A stretch of DNA of 64,000 nucleotides, from assembly GCF_004010195.1 (NCBI RefSeq), contig NC_057720.1:56467165-56531164 (forward strand), given 5' to 3'. Shown here in pieces: positions 12,695 through 26,087 of this stretch (positions are counted from its first letter, which is position 1; each line of letters opens with the position of its first letter). A program made the position numbers and the translations under genes. Origin of the DNA: Chiloscyllium plagiosum (taxonomy: Eukaryota). A model generated the notes under the pieces. That model ran no database searches, was not told the DNA's origin, and saw nothing but the letters and a program-made list of their open reading frames with translations.

Positions 12695-13850
12695 ACAAAA
12701 ACAGAAATTACTGAGAAAACTCACAAAGTCTGGCATGGAGAGAAAACAGGATCTGACAAAAGTGGACTGGAAGAGCTACTTGTAGGAAAATCTATAAATC
12801 CTTCTTCAGGACTGATTGTAGGTAGGAAAAGGTTGATATATATGCTGAAGATGAGGTGGGAGGAGGGGAAGGAGTAAACAATTGGTGGAGATGAAAACCA
12901 GAGAGAGAGTGAGAACAGACTGGACAGTTAAAGGAATGAGTAATAGTCAGCCTGGGAGAATGAATAGCTGCTAATGGGGGGCATTAGTGCCCGGCAATGG
13001 GTTGGTTGTGGTGTCAGCTCATGTGACGGCAGGACCTGGTATGTGGGAGTTGGGGTAAGGACATGGGGTAAGGACATGAGAGAAGGTGCTAATGCCTTAA
13101 AGTTATTGAACTCGATATTGAGTCCAGAAGACTGCAGGCTCTCCAAGCGGAAAATGTGGTGCGGTTCTTCCAGCTTGTGCTGAGCTGCGCTGGAGACAGC
13201 GATGATAGCCAGGAAACATGGTGGTATGTTGAAACAGCAGATAACCAGAAGCTCAGGGTCATTTATTTTCAGGCAGAACGTAGGTGTTCTGCAAAGCAGT
13301 CATCTAGTCTGCATTTCATCTCCCCAGTGTAGATGAAACCACATTGTGAGCAGCCAATATAATAGACTGGATCAAGTGAAGTGCTGGTAAATCGCTGTTC
13401 CACCTAGAAGTTATGTCTGGATGTGGTGAGGAGGGAGGAAGTGAATGAGCAGGTGTTACACCCTCTGCAATATATGGGAAGGTACCGTGGATCTGTGGGG
13501 TGGTATTGGGAGTTGAGGAGGAGTGGACCAGGGTGTCCTAGAGGGAACAGTCCCTGTGGAAACCTGACAGGGGAGGGGAGAGGAATATATCTAGTGGTCA
13601 CATCTCGCTGGAAGTGGCAGAAATGGTGGCTAAAGATCTTTTGGATGTGGAGGCTGGTAGGTGGTAATTGAGCTCCAGGGGACCCTATCACTGTTGTGGG
13701 AGGAAGAGGATGGGTGAGGGCTGAAGTGAAGATGTGTTGGACATGCCTGAGGGTCCTGACGACCCCAGTGTTTGGAATCCTTGGTTGAGGAAGAAAGTGG
13801 ACATTTCAGAAGCTCCCTTGTGGAAGTTGGCATCATTGGAACAGATGTGG
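12695..13850 (-). mobile_element. Penelope-like element, degraded GIY-YIG endonuclease region and 3' end
   Basis: Minus-strand pieces HFCHFQRDVTT, CRGCNTCSFTSS, VYYIGCSQCGFIYTGEMKCRLDDCFAEHLRS and KLEEPHHIFRLESLQSSGLNIEFNNF match the PLE GIY-YIG/CCHH C-terminus. Confidence 0.82.
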
Positions 13851-13879
13851 TTTGGTGTGATTATTTTGTTCCTGCCGCA

Positions 13880-14140
13880 ATATTATTGGTCCCATTGCAG
13901 CTCAAGTTCTTCATCTACTCTGTCTATCCCTTTAAAAATTTTCTAAATTTTGACAAGATCACTTCGTATTCTGCTAATCTTCAGTCTTCTCAACTTCCCC
14001 TCTTGGGCCAGTCCCACCATCACACAGATCAATCTGGTGTACCACCATGGCACTTCCTCAATGCTAAGTACAGCCTTCCTTTGGCAAGGGGACCAGAACT
14101 GCACATAATACACCTGGTCCAGTCTCACCAGTGTTCTATA
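13880..14140 (-). mobile_element. Old CR1 LINE 3' fragment
   Basis: ORF 13943-14128 (YYVQFWSP...YTRLI...RIRSDLVKI). Confidence 0.65.
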
Positions 14141-16582
14141 TAAATGGAATAGATATTTTTTCTAAAACCGAGGAGTATTTAATACAGAAGCACTTAGGGT
14201 TTCAGTGATGGTGTAGACAAGTTGATGGTGCGTATATGACTTCAGGGAATTCAAAAATAATTTGCTAAACCCATTAGTATATTGGACGTATTCATTTTAA
14301 ACTTAGTTCACAACCCCACCATAAATTTTAGTGAATTCTGCTTTCAAAATTATGCTTAAATACATCATCCTATCAGGCCAAAAAATCTATTGTGTTTTAG
14401 AAACCCTCTTATTGACTCTGTAGATGGATCCCTTGATAACATCATCTACAAGCATAAAAACTTATGAGCCCACTTTAACTGTGCCATTACCATTATCCTG
14501 AAGACTATAACAGCTCAATCTGAGATGAAGTGTTGCATGAATTTTGCAATACAATCATTTTAGCAAAAGTGTTCCACTTCATTGACTACATTGGATCTAA
14601 AATCAAAGTAAGGAATTATTCAGGAGTCTGGAGGGGATATTTCATACATATAAGGTTTTTAAAAAGAAAGCGACTGAATCAAGCAGTGAAGGAACAAAAT
14701 TAGCATGGCAGGAGGGAAGGAATGGACCGATGAAATAATTGGATATTGAAATGTCAAAGCTTACCATATGATTTTTTTTAAGGAATTTAATGGAATGGCA
14801 AGAGGCAGAAATGTGTAGTGAAATTGTCTTCAACTTTCTTATTGATTCATTATTGGCAATATTAAAATTCACTCTAATAATGAACTCGATCCTAGTTCAG
14901 AAACCTAGGGCTCAGAAATTCCTGGGATTAAGGAGGGTAGAAGCCTAATTGCTATATTTTGGGTGGATGTTGCCAAATGATCAGAAGCCCAGCTCCAATG
15001 TGATTCATCCCTGAATACTGATGAGAGGTTCTATGGGCAGAGCTTCTGCCATTCAACCCCCTTTTCTTTTGTGTCTTTGAAAAGCTACAGCAGAATTGGC
15101 GGGCGGTTGGCTCAGACGCCAAATCATGACAAGGATTAATCATGGACAGAATCAGTTACCCTTATCAATTGTTGGAGAATGACACTGTTGGTAACCAAAG
15201 AAAGTGAAATAAAAATCCTGAACTTGGAAGAAGATCTCTAGTTAAGCAAAAGCATACCTCAGAAAAGCAGATCAGATCTGGCCATACAGTGACCTACTTC
15301 TGTGTGCAACCTTGGCTGTACAAATGACCCAGGATTTGAGACAATTTCCATTGTGAGCCAAAGGTGGGCAAGGGAACCATTCACTTGCACTTACAACAGT
15401 CCAAAGACCCTTTGAAACCATAGCTTGCAACAGGTAAAGAGCTGTTGTGAGTAAGAGAGCTGCAGCATCTGACTGAGATAAGGTCATCTTGAATTTAAAA
15501 CAGACTCACAGAATAGCGCATCCACTACTTTCAGCAAAGTTCACTAAAGGCTATTTCTGTATGCAGATGAGAGCTGACCACTACTTCAGCACAACTTGTA
15601 TCAAACCTGAGCTCTAAGTTGTGAACTGGTTGGGATCTTGAATATGTTTAAACAAGAGCTATAAATCTGCATTAAAATTAATAGCTTTAAATGTATGAAG
15701 AGATAAAAATTCGTAACAAACTGACAATTGAATCAAACTATTTCAGTAATTTATCATATACATTTCTTATAAAAATGAACAAGGTGTGAAAATTACACAA
15801 TGAACAAGTGGATTGTTTGAGATTTAAGATGAAGGATGAACAAATGAATCAGGAGAGAGGGTGAGCAGGGTGAAACAGGCAGTACTAGAAGTGAGGCTGT
15901 GCAATAAATAGCTGAGAAACAACTTCACATCGGCTGCTGAACAATTAATTCAAGATGTAACATTTCATCATGTGCTTCCAAGGTGACCTCCAAAGATAGG
16001 AAAGAAAATGTTAATCTCACCTGCTACTATTTGTAACCAACTGGAGCAGAGCTGTTCCGCCATTTATTTCAGTAGATTCACCTTTTAGATCCTATGCTGT
16101 CGTTAAATATTTTCACGAACCAAGGAGTATAGCATACTGCAGACACACATAATCTGCAAATAAACACCACAGGTAAAAAATAGAGAATTAAGGTGAAAGG
16201 CTTCTTAGTGATAATACAGCTCTAATGTAATGACACAAGGCTGCAGGCAGCAGATTTACTGTGAGCCAGGGCCACTCAGAAGGTGACTCCCCTTTTCCCG
16301 ATTGAGTGATGTGGCTTCAGCACACAAGGGTACAACGTTTCCTGTCTGGGGAAATAAAATAGGAATTCTACAAATGGACTCCCCCTCCCCCATTTTTACA
16401 TTTTGCAATTTAAATTGTATTCTCGAGAGTCAAAAGACCATAGAGAACTTCAGACTAAATTTGATCTGAACAAGCTAGAATTTCACCATTAACCAGTATC
16501 AGACAAATCACATTAATATGAAGTCAATCAATGTTATTACTTTCAATAGTATGATTACATATTTAGCATGATTACACTTCTT

Positions 16583-16795
16583 GGGGATTGGTTAGCTCAG
16601 TTAGCTGCTTTATAATGCAGAGTGATGCCAACAGCATGGGTTCAATTCCCACAGCAGTTCAGGACATTGTGACGGATCCTCCTTCTCAACTTCTTCCCTT
16701 ACTTGAGGTATGGTGACTGTCACGATAAATCATCCGCACTTGTGTGTATGTCCTCTCTCATGGGAGAACAGCTGGTAAGACTAGAGCAACTTTCT
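16583..16795 (+). mobile_element. tRNA-derived SINE (distinct family)
   Basis: A box tagctcagttag and B box ggttcaattccc at pol III spacing; no intact cloverleaf. Confidence 0.6.
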
Positions 16796-17982
16796 TCTTC
16801 TAATGAGCAGGTACAGTATTGAAGTCACTTTCAGACCTATCTAACTGAAATATGTTGCCATTTAATTAAAATCTATTAGCAGTTTTCATACAAAGACAGC
16901 TCTTATTGTGACTGTCACCACTAGGTAGTGCAAAAAATGCATATGTACTATATCAGGATACCCTCAAATGAAAGGCAACCCTCTGTGATAATGGATCCTT
17001 AGAAGTTAGTCATGATGCACTAACCCAGTAACAAGAAGCCTTAGTTAATCTCTTAACGATTCTTTGACAGTTTCAATGAGTTTCTGCAGTTTCAGGCATA
17101 TTTCTCTCCACTTTTCACAAACCCAAAGGATACCCAAATCCCCAACCCCCACTAAAGGACATCTGACACAAATAGTACTCAGACCATATCTATAAGGCAG
17201 ATAAAGGGACCTCGAAGGTAGTAGCATAGCAGCCCCAACCTTTGTAAAATTCCAACAGGTTTGAGGTTCTTTCAGCTTTTTTCAACACAAGTGAGGGTTC
17301 CACAGCAGATGAGCTAACCAATCACGGTGCTGTGGTGCAGAATACCATTCAAGTGGGGGGGGAAGGTAAGGGCAAAAAGGCATGTACTGGTAGGCAGGGG
17401 ATCATATGGCAGGGGAGGTGGTGGAGGGCCCGGTAGTACCAGGAGCAGTTGTCTTTGCAGCTGAAGAGGACATGTTGCCTGCCTGAGGCCAGGATTTAGG
17501 ACATCTGCTCAGGGATGAAGAGAAACATGCAATGGGAGGAGGAAGCCCCAATGATCATGATCCATGTTGATACCAATCTCATTGGCAGGCACCAAGTTAG
17601 AAAACAGATCATCCAAGCTAATAATCACTGGATTATTACCTGATCCACAAGAAAATTAGCAAAAGACAAATAAGATTCAAGAAAGTACTGAATGCTTCAA
17701 AACTGGCAGAGGAGCAGGGGTTCCAGTTAATGGGCACTGGCAATAATACGGTAGAAAGTAGGATCTGTACCATTGAGATAATCTACATCTGAACATTCTG
17801 ATTGTGGTATTCTAGTGAGCAACATAACTAGGGAAGTAGAGAGGGCTTGAAACTAAATAGTGGAGTTAACAGATCAAATTGTAGAAAGGTAGAGTAAGAG
17901 TAGAAACAAGGCAAGAGAGAAATGGCTTATTATGGGAAATGATAAACAAATTATCCCTTGAAGGAATACAGAGCACATATCT

Positions 17983-18291
17983 AGATTCGATTAGATTCCC
18001 GACAGTGTGGAAACAGACCCATCGGCCCAACCAGTTCATACCAATCCTCCAAAGAGTAACCCACCCAGACCCATTTCCCTCTGACTAATGCACCTAACAC
18101 TATGGGCAATATAGCATGGCCAATTCACCTGACCTGGCCATCTTTGGACTGGGAGGAAACCGGAGCACCTGGAGGAAACCCACGCAGACACAGGGAGAAT
18201 GTGCAAACACCACACAGACAGTCACCCAAGGCTGGAGTCGGACCTGGGATCCTCGTGCTGTGAGGCAGCAGTACTAGCCACTGTGCCGCCC
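17983..18291 (-). mobile_element. HE1-like V-SINE nested in CR1
   Basis: Same head, V-domain and tail as the copy at 11212-11531. Confidence 0.9.
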
Positions 18292-18694
18292 CTAAGAGTA
18301 AATCATCATTTAAGAGGTTACAAAAATATTAAAAGCACAAAATTAAAGGCTATTATCTGAATGTGTACTGTAATTAGAAACAAAAAAACAGATGAAGTGA
18401 CAGCACAAGCTGATATACATTAATAGAATCCAACAGCCATTCCATAGAAGCGGCTGCATGATGCCATAGATTGGCAAATGAATATTGACATATACAAGAC
18501 ATTTAAGAAAGACATGGAATGAGAAAAAGGCATGAGAATTGATAAAAACAAGAAGCCACTTGTGTGAGTGGTGTACGGGCCTTCTAAAAGTTACCACGTT
18601 GTCAGATGGAACATAAAGAAGAAAAACACAGTAGCTTTACAGAAAGGTATGGTGATAATCACAGGGGATTTTAATCTACGTATAATTGGAAAAC

Positions 18695-18785
18695 AAAATT
18701 AACAAAAATAGTCCAGAAGAGGACTAAAATTAACAAAAATAGTCCAGAAGAGGACTAAAATTAACAAAAATAGTCCAGAAGAGGA
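18695..18785. repeat. 31-bp tandem triplication
   Basis: aaaattaacaaaaatagtccagaagaggact at 18695, 18726 and 18757 (last copy 29 of 31 bp). Confidence 0.95.
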
Positions 18786-21088
18786 GTAATTGAATGTTTT
18801 CAGAACAGTGTCTTAGAACAATATGTTCTGGGTTCAATCAGACAGCGAGCTTCTCTGGATGCAGCATTGTACAATAAGGTAGGATTGACTTCACAGTGAA
18901 GGTGCCTCTAGGTCACAATGACCATAAAAGATTAAATTTTACACTTAGATGAGGGGAAAGAGGAATAGACCCAAGATTAATATTTTAAACTTAAATAAAG
19001 TCCATTATGAGGGCTTGAAAACTGATTTAGTTGGTGAACTGAAAAATTAGGTAAAGACATATGTCAAAAGAAAAGTAATGTCAGACTTTTATGGAGGTAT
19101 TTCAGAATACACAGAATCGATACATTCCAATTAGAAGGAAAAGTTCTAAGTGGACACCATCTGTGGTTAGCCAAAAAATCTAAAGATAGGCCTCAGACTT
19201 AAATAATAAACATATAATTGTGCAATGTTGTGTGGAAGGTCAGAACATTGGCTAGAATATTTTTTAAAAAAGAAAATAAGTAAAAAAATTGATGAGGAGG
19301 GAAATATTAGAAAGTACAAGAAAAAGGTAGGCAGAAATATAAAAACAGATAGCTAGAGTTTCTATAAATATTTTAAAAGAAAAATATGAACAGCTTCAGC
19401 ATTGATCTTATGGGAAGTGTGTCTTGTGACTGGCAAATCAATCATGGAAAGTGAACAGATACCAAATGGATTGAACTGGTATTTTGCATTGGTCTTCACA
19501 GAGAATACAAGTAACATCCCAGAAATAGCTGCACATCAGGAAATGGAAAGCAGGGAAAGATAAAGAAAATTAAAATCACCATGGAAATGGTCCTGAGAAA
19601 ATGATTGCAGCTGCAGGCTGACGTGTCCCTGGGCCCTGATGGGCTACATCCTAACGCCTTAAAAAAACTACGATCCATTATTTCTAATTGTGTAAATCCC
19701 CTAGATTTGGAGAAGGTTCCGTTAGAAAATAATGAACGTAATCCCTTTATGCACAAAGGAAAGGAAACAGGATGTAACACACTCTTGGCCAGTTAGCTTA
19801 ACATCTGTCACAGGGCAAAAATGTTAGAAACTATCATTAGGGATGTTATAGCAGGGCATGTTGAAAAATTCAAGGTAACCAGTCAGAATCAAGCTGGTAT
19901 AGTGAACCATGTTTAAACAATTTACTGAAGTTCTTTGAAGAAGCAACAGGTGCTGTAGATATCAGGGAACTGATGAACGTATTGTACTTAGATTTCCAGA
20001 ATGCATTTGATGAGGTGCCGTACCAAGAGTTTTTGCAGACAATAAAAAACCATGATGTGGGGTATAACATATTGGCATAAATAGAAGATTGATGGCTAAC
20101 AGTAAGTAAAGAGTAGGCACAAAATGTTTTTTTTCATAGTTGCCAAGATGTAACAAATGAGATGTCACAAGGATCAATGCTGCGGCTGCAACTTTTTATA
20201 ATTTACATAAATGATTTAGATTAAGGGATTGAAGGTATGGTAGATAAACTTGTTGACGACACAAAGATAGGTGGAAAATTAGGTTGTGAAGGGGACATAA
20301 AGAGACTACAAAAGGAACACAGATAAGATGAGTAGGAAAAGAGATGGCAAATGAAGTATAATGTGGTAAAATGGGAAATTGCCCATTTTGGCAGGTAGAA
20401 AGAAAAGCGTGTTACCAAATTAGTGAAAGATTGTGGAACTCTAAGATGCAGAGAGTCTGGATATCCCAGTGCAAGAATCACAAAAGTCTAGTACACAGAT
20501 ATAGCCAGTAATTAGGAAAGTTAATAGAATGTTATCACGTATTGTGAGAGGAGTCGAATACAAAGGTAGGGAATTCTGGGTTTCAGTTCCACAGAACACC
20601 AGTGAGACTCCATATGGAGCGCTGTGTATAGGACTGGTCTCTTTATTTAAAGAACATAAATACATTGGAAGAAATTTAGAAGAAGTTTACTGGACTAATA
20701 TCTAGAATGGGTTAGTTGCCTTGTGAGGAAAGGTTAGATAGGTTAGGTTTGTAAATGTTGGAATTTAGACAAATAAGAGGCACCTTGATTGAAACATTTA
20801 AGATCCATGTTGTTTTAAGACTATCAATCTTTTTCCTTTAAAGTCTCTCCCCAATCTTATTAATCCATTTTTAATGGTTTAAGTAGATAAATTAGGCCTT
20901 GCTAAAGGGATACAGTAATGCTCAGATTGGTAAACCATACCTCCACTGAATTCCCAAGAACCATTGCCTTGTTATGTTTCATATCCAGTTTTATTTGAGC
21001 TTTTTTCATTGATGACTGTTTAAGAAAGGTGGTAAGGACAAGCCAGGGTACTATAGACCAGTGAGCCTGACATTGGTGATGGGCAGGT

Positions 21089-21390
21089 TTAGATTAGATT
21101 AGATTCCCTACAGTGTGGAAACAGGCCCTTCAGCCCAAAACATCCACACTGACCCACTGAAGAGCAATCCACCCAGACCCATTTCCCTCAGACTAATGCA
21201 CCGAACACGATGGGGAATTCAACACGGCCAATCCACCTGATCTGCACATCTTTGTGACTTGAGAGGAAACCCATGCAAACACAGGAAGAATGTGCAAATT
21301 CCAAAAAGACAGTTGCCATAGGCTGGAATCAAACCTGGATCCCTGGTACGGTGAGCCTGCAGTGCTAACCACTGAGCCACTGTGCCGCTC
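21089..21390 (-). mobile_element. HE1-like V-SINE nested in HER1
   Basis: (attag)n tail at 21089; head ...ggcacagtggctcagtggttagcactgc on the minus strand. Confidence 0.88.
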
Positions 21391-21615
21391 CATCCTATCC
21401 CTCCAAAGTTGTTGGAGGGAATCCTAAAGGATAGGATGTGCATATATTTGGAAAGGCAAGGACTGATTATGGATAGTCAACATGGCTTTATGCATGGGAA
21501 ATCATGAATTATTTGAAGAAGTAACAAAGAGGATTGATGAGGGCAGAGCGGTAGATGTAATCTATATGGACTTCAGTAAGGCATTTGCTAACCTTGGTTA
21601 GCAAGGTTAGATCTC

Positions 21616-22368
21616 ATGGAAGAACTCACCATTTGGATACAGAAGTGGCTCAAAAGTAGAAGACAGAGGGTGGTGGTGAAGAGTTGTTTTTCAGACTGGA
21701 GGCCTGTGACTAGTGGAGTGCCACAAGGATCGGTGCTGGGTTCACTACTTTTCACCATGTATGTAAATGATTTGGATGTGAGCATAAGTGGTATAGTTAG
21801 TAAGTTTGCTGATGACACCAAAATTCGAGGTATAGTGAACAGCGAAGAAGGTTACCTCAGATTACAACAGGATCTTGACCAGATGGGTCAATGGGCTGAG
21901 AAGTGGCACATGGAGTTTAATTCAGATAAATGCGTGGTGCTACATTTTGGGAAAGCAAATCTTAGCAGGACTTATACACTTAATGGTAAGGTCCTAGGAG
22001 GTATTACAAAACAAAGAGACCTTGGAGTGCAGGTTCAAAGCTCCTTGAAAGAGGAGTCGCAGGTAGATAGGATAGTGAAGAAGGTGTTTGGTGTGCTTTC
22101 CTTTATTGGTCAGAGTATTGAGTACAGGAATTGGGAGGTCATGTCACGGCTGTACAGGACATTGGTTAGGCCACTGTTGGAATATTGCATGCAATTCTGG
22201 TCTCCTTCCTATCGGAAAGATGTTGTGAAACTTGAAAAGGTTCAGAAAAGATTTACAAGGATGTTGCCAGGCTTGGAAGATTTGAGCTACAGCGAGGGGC
22301 TGAACAGGTTGGGGCTGTTTTCCCTGGAGCGTCGGAGGCCGAGGGGCATGGATAGGATAAATAGATAA
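21616..22368 (+). pseudogene. Open 250-aa stretch of CR1 reverse transcriptase (not a host gene)
   Basis: SGVPQGSVLG...SKFADDTKI...KWHMEFNSDKC...RDLGVQV; deletions on both sides. Confidence 0.9.
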
Positions 22369-23611
22369 AGTCTTTTCCCTGGGGTGGGGGAGTCGATAAC
22401 TAGAGGGCATAGGTTTAGGGTGAGAGGGGAAAGATATAAAAGAGCCCTATGGGACAACTATTTCACACAGAATGTGGTATGTGTATGGAATTTGCTGCCA
22501 GAAGAAGTGGTGGAGGCTAGTACAATTGCATCATTTAAAAGGCATCTGGGTGGGTATGTGAATAGGAAGAGCTTGGAGGCAAATAGGCCAAATGCTGGCA
22601 GGTAGGACTAGATTGAGTTGCGATATCCGGTCGGCATGGACGGGTTGGACTGAAGGATCTATTTCTGTGCTGCACATCTCTGTGACTCTATGATCTGCTC
22701 CATGCAGAAGGCACCTCACTCAATGCACATCCGTGCTGGTAAATTGACTACTTTATATGTAATTGTGACATTGAGTGACCTAGTGTGTGTGATCAACTCC
22801 AAACCCAAAGCATATAGAACTCTACTTTCACCCTTGCGTTTTGAGAATCGAGGTAACATTTTAGCTAATACACTCCACACAGTGTGAATATATAACCACT
22901 GTCCAAAACAGCTCAACAGATTGACTCTGCAACTAGAAAATTCATTACTGGAATGAAGTTTCATGTCATCAACACAATTCCTTCAGCCTGAACAGATTCT
23001 CCACCTGTTTTGTTCTGAACCTTCTTTGGCATATCTCACTTCAAAAACCTTTTTCTTCTGTTTAGGACAACTGAAGTCACAACTGAAACACTTGTTGACC
23101 ATTCCCTAAGTATTCCTGAGGTTCCTTCTCATATAATTATCCACTTTTTGTCATCTCTCATGGCTGACAGAAAGGTTTCCATCCTCCCTTCTGCTGGATC
23201 TAATTATTTTGTATTAACACGTTGAACCCACTTCCGGACAGTCTTGACATGTGGTTCACATTCAGTCCTCCATTTCTTTTGCACAACTGTGGAATGTCTC
23301 ATTTGATCCCATGAAGGCCATTGGAATTAATGTTTTCCCAGAATTCTTTTTTAAGACCTCTGTCATCTATTCCAAAAGTGTAGCTCTGTCTGAAAGTCTA
23401 ATTCCAGTTTACATTAAAATATGTATGTGTAAATAATAATTAATACTAGGTGTCTATCTAAGCTTAATGACTTATTATGATCCAACAATTTGAAGGCAAG
23501 TACTATGTTAGGAATCTCCAAGTAAATGTTTGTTCCATCTTAAATATAGTCAATTAAACTCTATTATATATTCTTCTAGGCAATAGTCTAGATTTCTAAA
23601 TCTACACAAAC

Positions 23612-23895
23612 TGAGGTGGTACAGTAATTAGTACTGCTGCCTCATCACTCCAGAGACTTGGGTTCGATTCCACCCTTGGGTGACTGTGTTGGTTCCTTCC
23701 CACAGTTCAAAGATGTGCAGGTTAGGTGGATTGGTCATGCTAAATTGCCCTTAGTATCCAAGGATGTGTAGGAAATGTGGGTTAGCCATGGGAAGTGCAG
23801 GGTTACAGGGATAGGATTGATCAGGATGGGATGTGCTTGGAGAGGCAGTGTGGACTCAATGGACCAAATGGCCTGCTTCCACACTGTAGGGATTC
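23612..23895 (+). mobile_element. Older HE1-like V-SINE
   Basis: B box gggttcgattcc, ttccttcccacagttcaaagatgtgcagg, tail ggcctgcttccacactgtagggattc. Confidence 0.8.
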
Positions 23896-24479
23896 AACTC
23901 AAATCTTACTCTGCCTTATATGCATTTAGTGAATTACCTTCCTAATATATTTTTTCCACAAATGTTAATAGATTGTCCAAACCTTTGTCAGTGTCTAATT
24001 ATTTGGTTTCAGGCTCTGAAAATGCTTTACCTCGATCCTGCTTCTAGTCAGAAGTGACTGAAAAACCACATATGTATCACCACATATTCACTTTATCTTT
24101 TCAATTGATTATAAGATTCAGTTTGACAGAACATTAGTCAGAAATCATGTGTGGAATGGGCGGTGTGGGTGGGGGTCCTTTATTTAACTGGCAGTCACCC
24201 AATCCCTGATTGATGGATCTGGATTGAAAGGATAAGAGGAGGGCTGTTAAAAGCAATACCTTGTTCGTCCAACCTATATCCCCACCACTTGCAATCCCAT
24301 CTCTATAAAACCCTACTCACCATTGATCAATCCTGGCATTCTGGAGGGTATATTTTCGATAGCAGCCACTGGTGACACTGCTGGTCTCTGATTGGCCAGT
24401 AGTTCTCAGTAGGTGGGATATCCTGTGCCGGGTGTACTTTATCCTGATTGGCTTGTAAGTCAGCACGCCTTCTCCAAAG

Positions 24480-24703
24480 AAAGAAGTGAAACTATCATGG
24501 TATTCTAACAGATGAAAGGCTTAACAGACAATCAATTTTTCAATGTATAATTTCAGTTACATCACACTATAAATTTTTGCTATAAATTTTGTGTGTTAGG
24601 ATTGAGCCCTCCACTACCACCAGATGAAGGAGCGACGCTCTGAAAGCTAGTGTGCTTCCAATTAAACCTGTTGGACTCTAACCTGTTGTTGTGTGATTTT
24701 TAA
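24480..24703 (+). mobile_element. PLE (second family) 3' terminal fragment with decayed hammerhead
   Basis: cac-CaGATGA-a-GGAGC-gac-GCTCt-GAAAGCTA-gtg at 24618-24652; flanked by the 12-bp direct repeat ccttctccaaag (24468-24479 and 24704-24715). Confidence 0.72.
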
Positions 24704-24874
24704 CCTTCTCCAAAGGAAACAACATGGGTCAGCTTGAGCTTGGAATCCTCACTGTCTTCATAAAAGTCTTTCTTTAAATATGGAGGAAGGTGAAGGTAGA
24801 TCACACCATTGATCAGATAACAGAGATAACTGAGCAGTTGAAAATGCTACATGTCTTAAATTAATATTTCCCTT

Positions 24875-24931
24875 CTCTATTGGCACTTATCCACCCTTTG
24901 ACTCTATTGGCACTTACCCACCCTTTGACTC
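24875..24931. repeat. 27-bp tandem duplication
   Basis: ctctattggcactta(t/c)ccaccctttga, two copies. Confidence 0.92.
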
Positions 24932-26087
24932 CAAGTTTAAGTTAGGAGGGTCAGTATGCTCTCTTGACAATTTTATAACAATTTAAATGTAATAAAATAT
25001 TTTGGACACTGGAGGGCATTGCAGAACAACAATCTAATACAAAAGCAATTGTTTATATACCAGATCACATTTTGTTTTGGTCTGCAAGGAGATTAAATCG
25101 TACAACGCAGAAATTTAAGATAGACATACACATGGGAAGCACCTGGTATTTCGCAAGTGTAACTTTATACAAATGAGAAATTGACATTCAATTTTATATT
25201 CGGGTCTTTGGTCTACTAAAGAGACTTGTGTCGCCAAACAAAATAGGGAGATTGGGAACAGGCATCAAGAGTAAAGTGACAGTTGCCTTCTGCCACAGTA
25301 ATTTATAATAGCCTGCTGCCAGTTCCTTTCCTGACAGTCTGTGCAACTAACTCAGATATATCACATCCAATCAGATTTCTCCCATATTCTGTTCTATTCG
25401 TTTTTGGTCGTCCTCCTCTTAGGGCTTCATGCCGGATGATGAATATTGTCTGAAATTCTAATTACAAGAAGGATGCCATTTCACCCAGAGGAGATATGTT
25501 TAAAGAAATCAAGAGTAGCCTCAGAAAGATATATTGAAGTTAGGTACATTCTTGGAAAAACAATGATGACACTGATTTTTTTAAAAATGTCCATTTAACC
25601 AAATTGTTTACTATGAAAATAATTCAAGCTCTGGGGCAAATAAATATATTTTGCTGTAAACAAACATGCTGATCTATAATAATAAACTTTATAAGTGACA
25701 AATTGCTACAAAAATAAGCTGTCAAAAGCAGGAAACAAAACAAAAACCCTGAAAAATCTGACTGACCCTTTTTCTTTTGCATTACGTTGAATTTCAGGAT
25801 TTTCATCACTATTTTCTGATCAAACTTCATAATTCATTTTGACCTTAATCATGACTTGCAAGTTGTTTTGCAATATAATTGGGCAGAAACTTGTTAGGTC
25901 TTGAAAGCAGTACCTAATTTTTCATTCTCCTCAATTTATGTCATACTTTTCACATAATAAAACTTTCTAACGCATCTCATAGGAATGTTATAAAACAAAA
26001 TATGATACCTTATTTGGCCAGATAACCAAAAGCTTGGTGATAACACAAGTTTTGAGGAGAATCTTAAAGGAGAATTTTTTAAAATAT

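Larger units (their letters stand above)
17420..20810 (+). mobile_element. Heavily degraded near-full-length CR1 LINE (ORF1 esterase remnant, APE endonuclease, RT)
   Basis: ORF1-like CCLPEARI*DI...MIMIHVDTN and DNLHLN (17470-17800); GDFNL-type motif at about 18660; LGPDGLHP at about 19630; VLYLDFQNAFDEVP at about 19980; VDDTKIGG at about 20250. Confidence 0.8.
21015..22693 (+). mobile_element. HER1-like CR1 LINE (RT domain and 3' UTR), interrupted by a SINE
   Basis: PGYYRPVSLT before the SINE; HGFMHGKS and YMDFSKAF after it; tail ctctgtgactctatga at about 22680-22693. Confidence 0.93.

Noticed and set aside
18695-18785. 31-bp repeats as a CRISPR array
   Set aside because: No spacers, the units are contiguous, and the context is eukaryotic.
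25400-25550. AG...GT-bounded segment resembling an exon
   Set aside because: All three frames contain stops; a non-coding exon cannot be supported from sequence alone.
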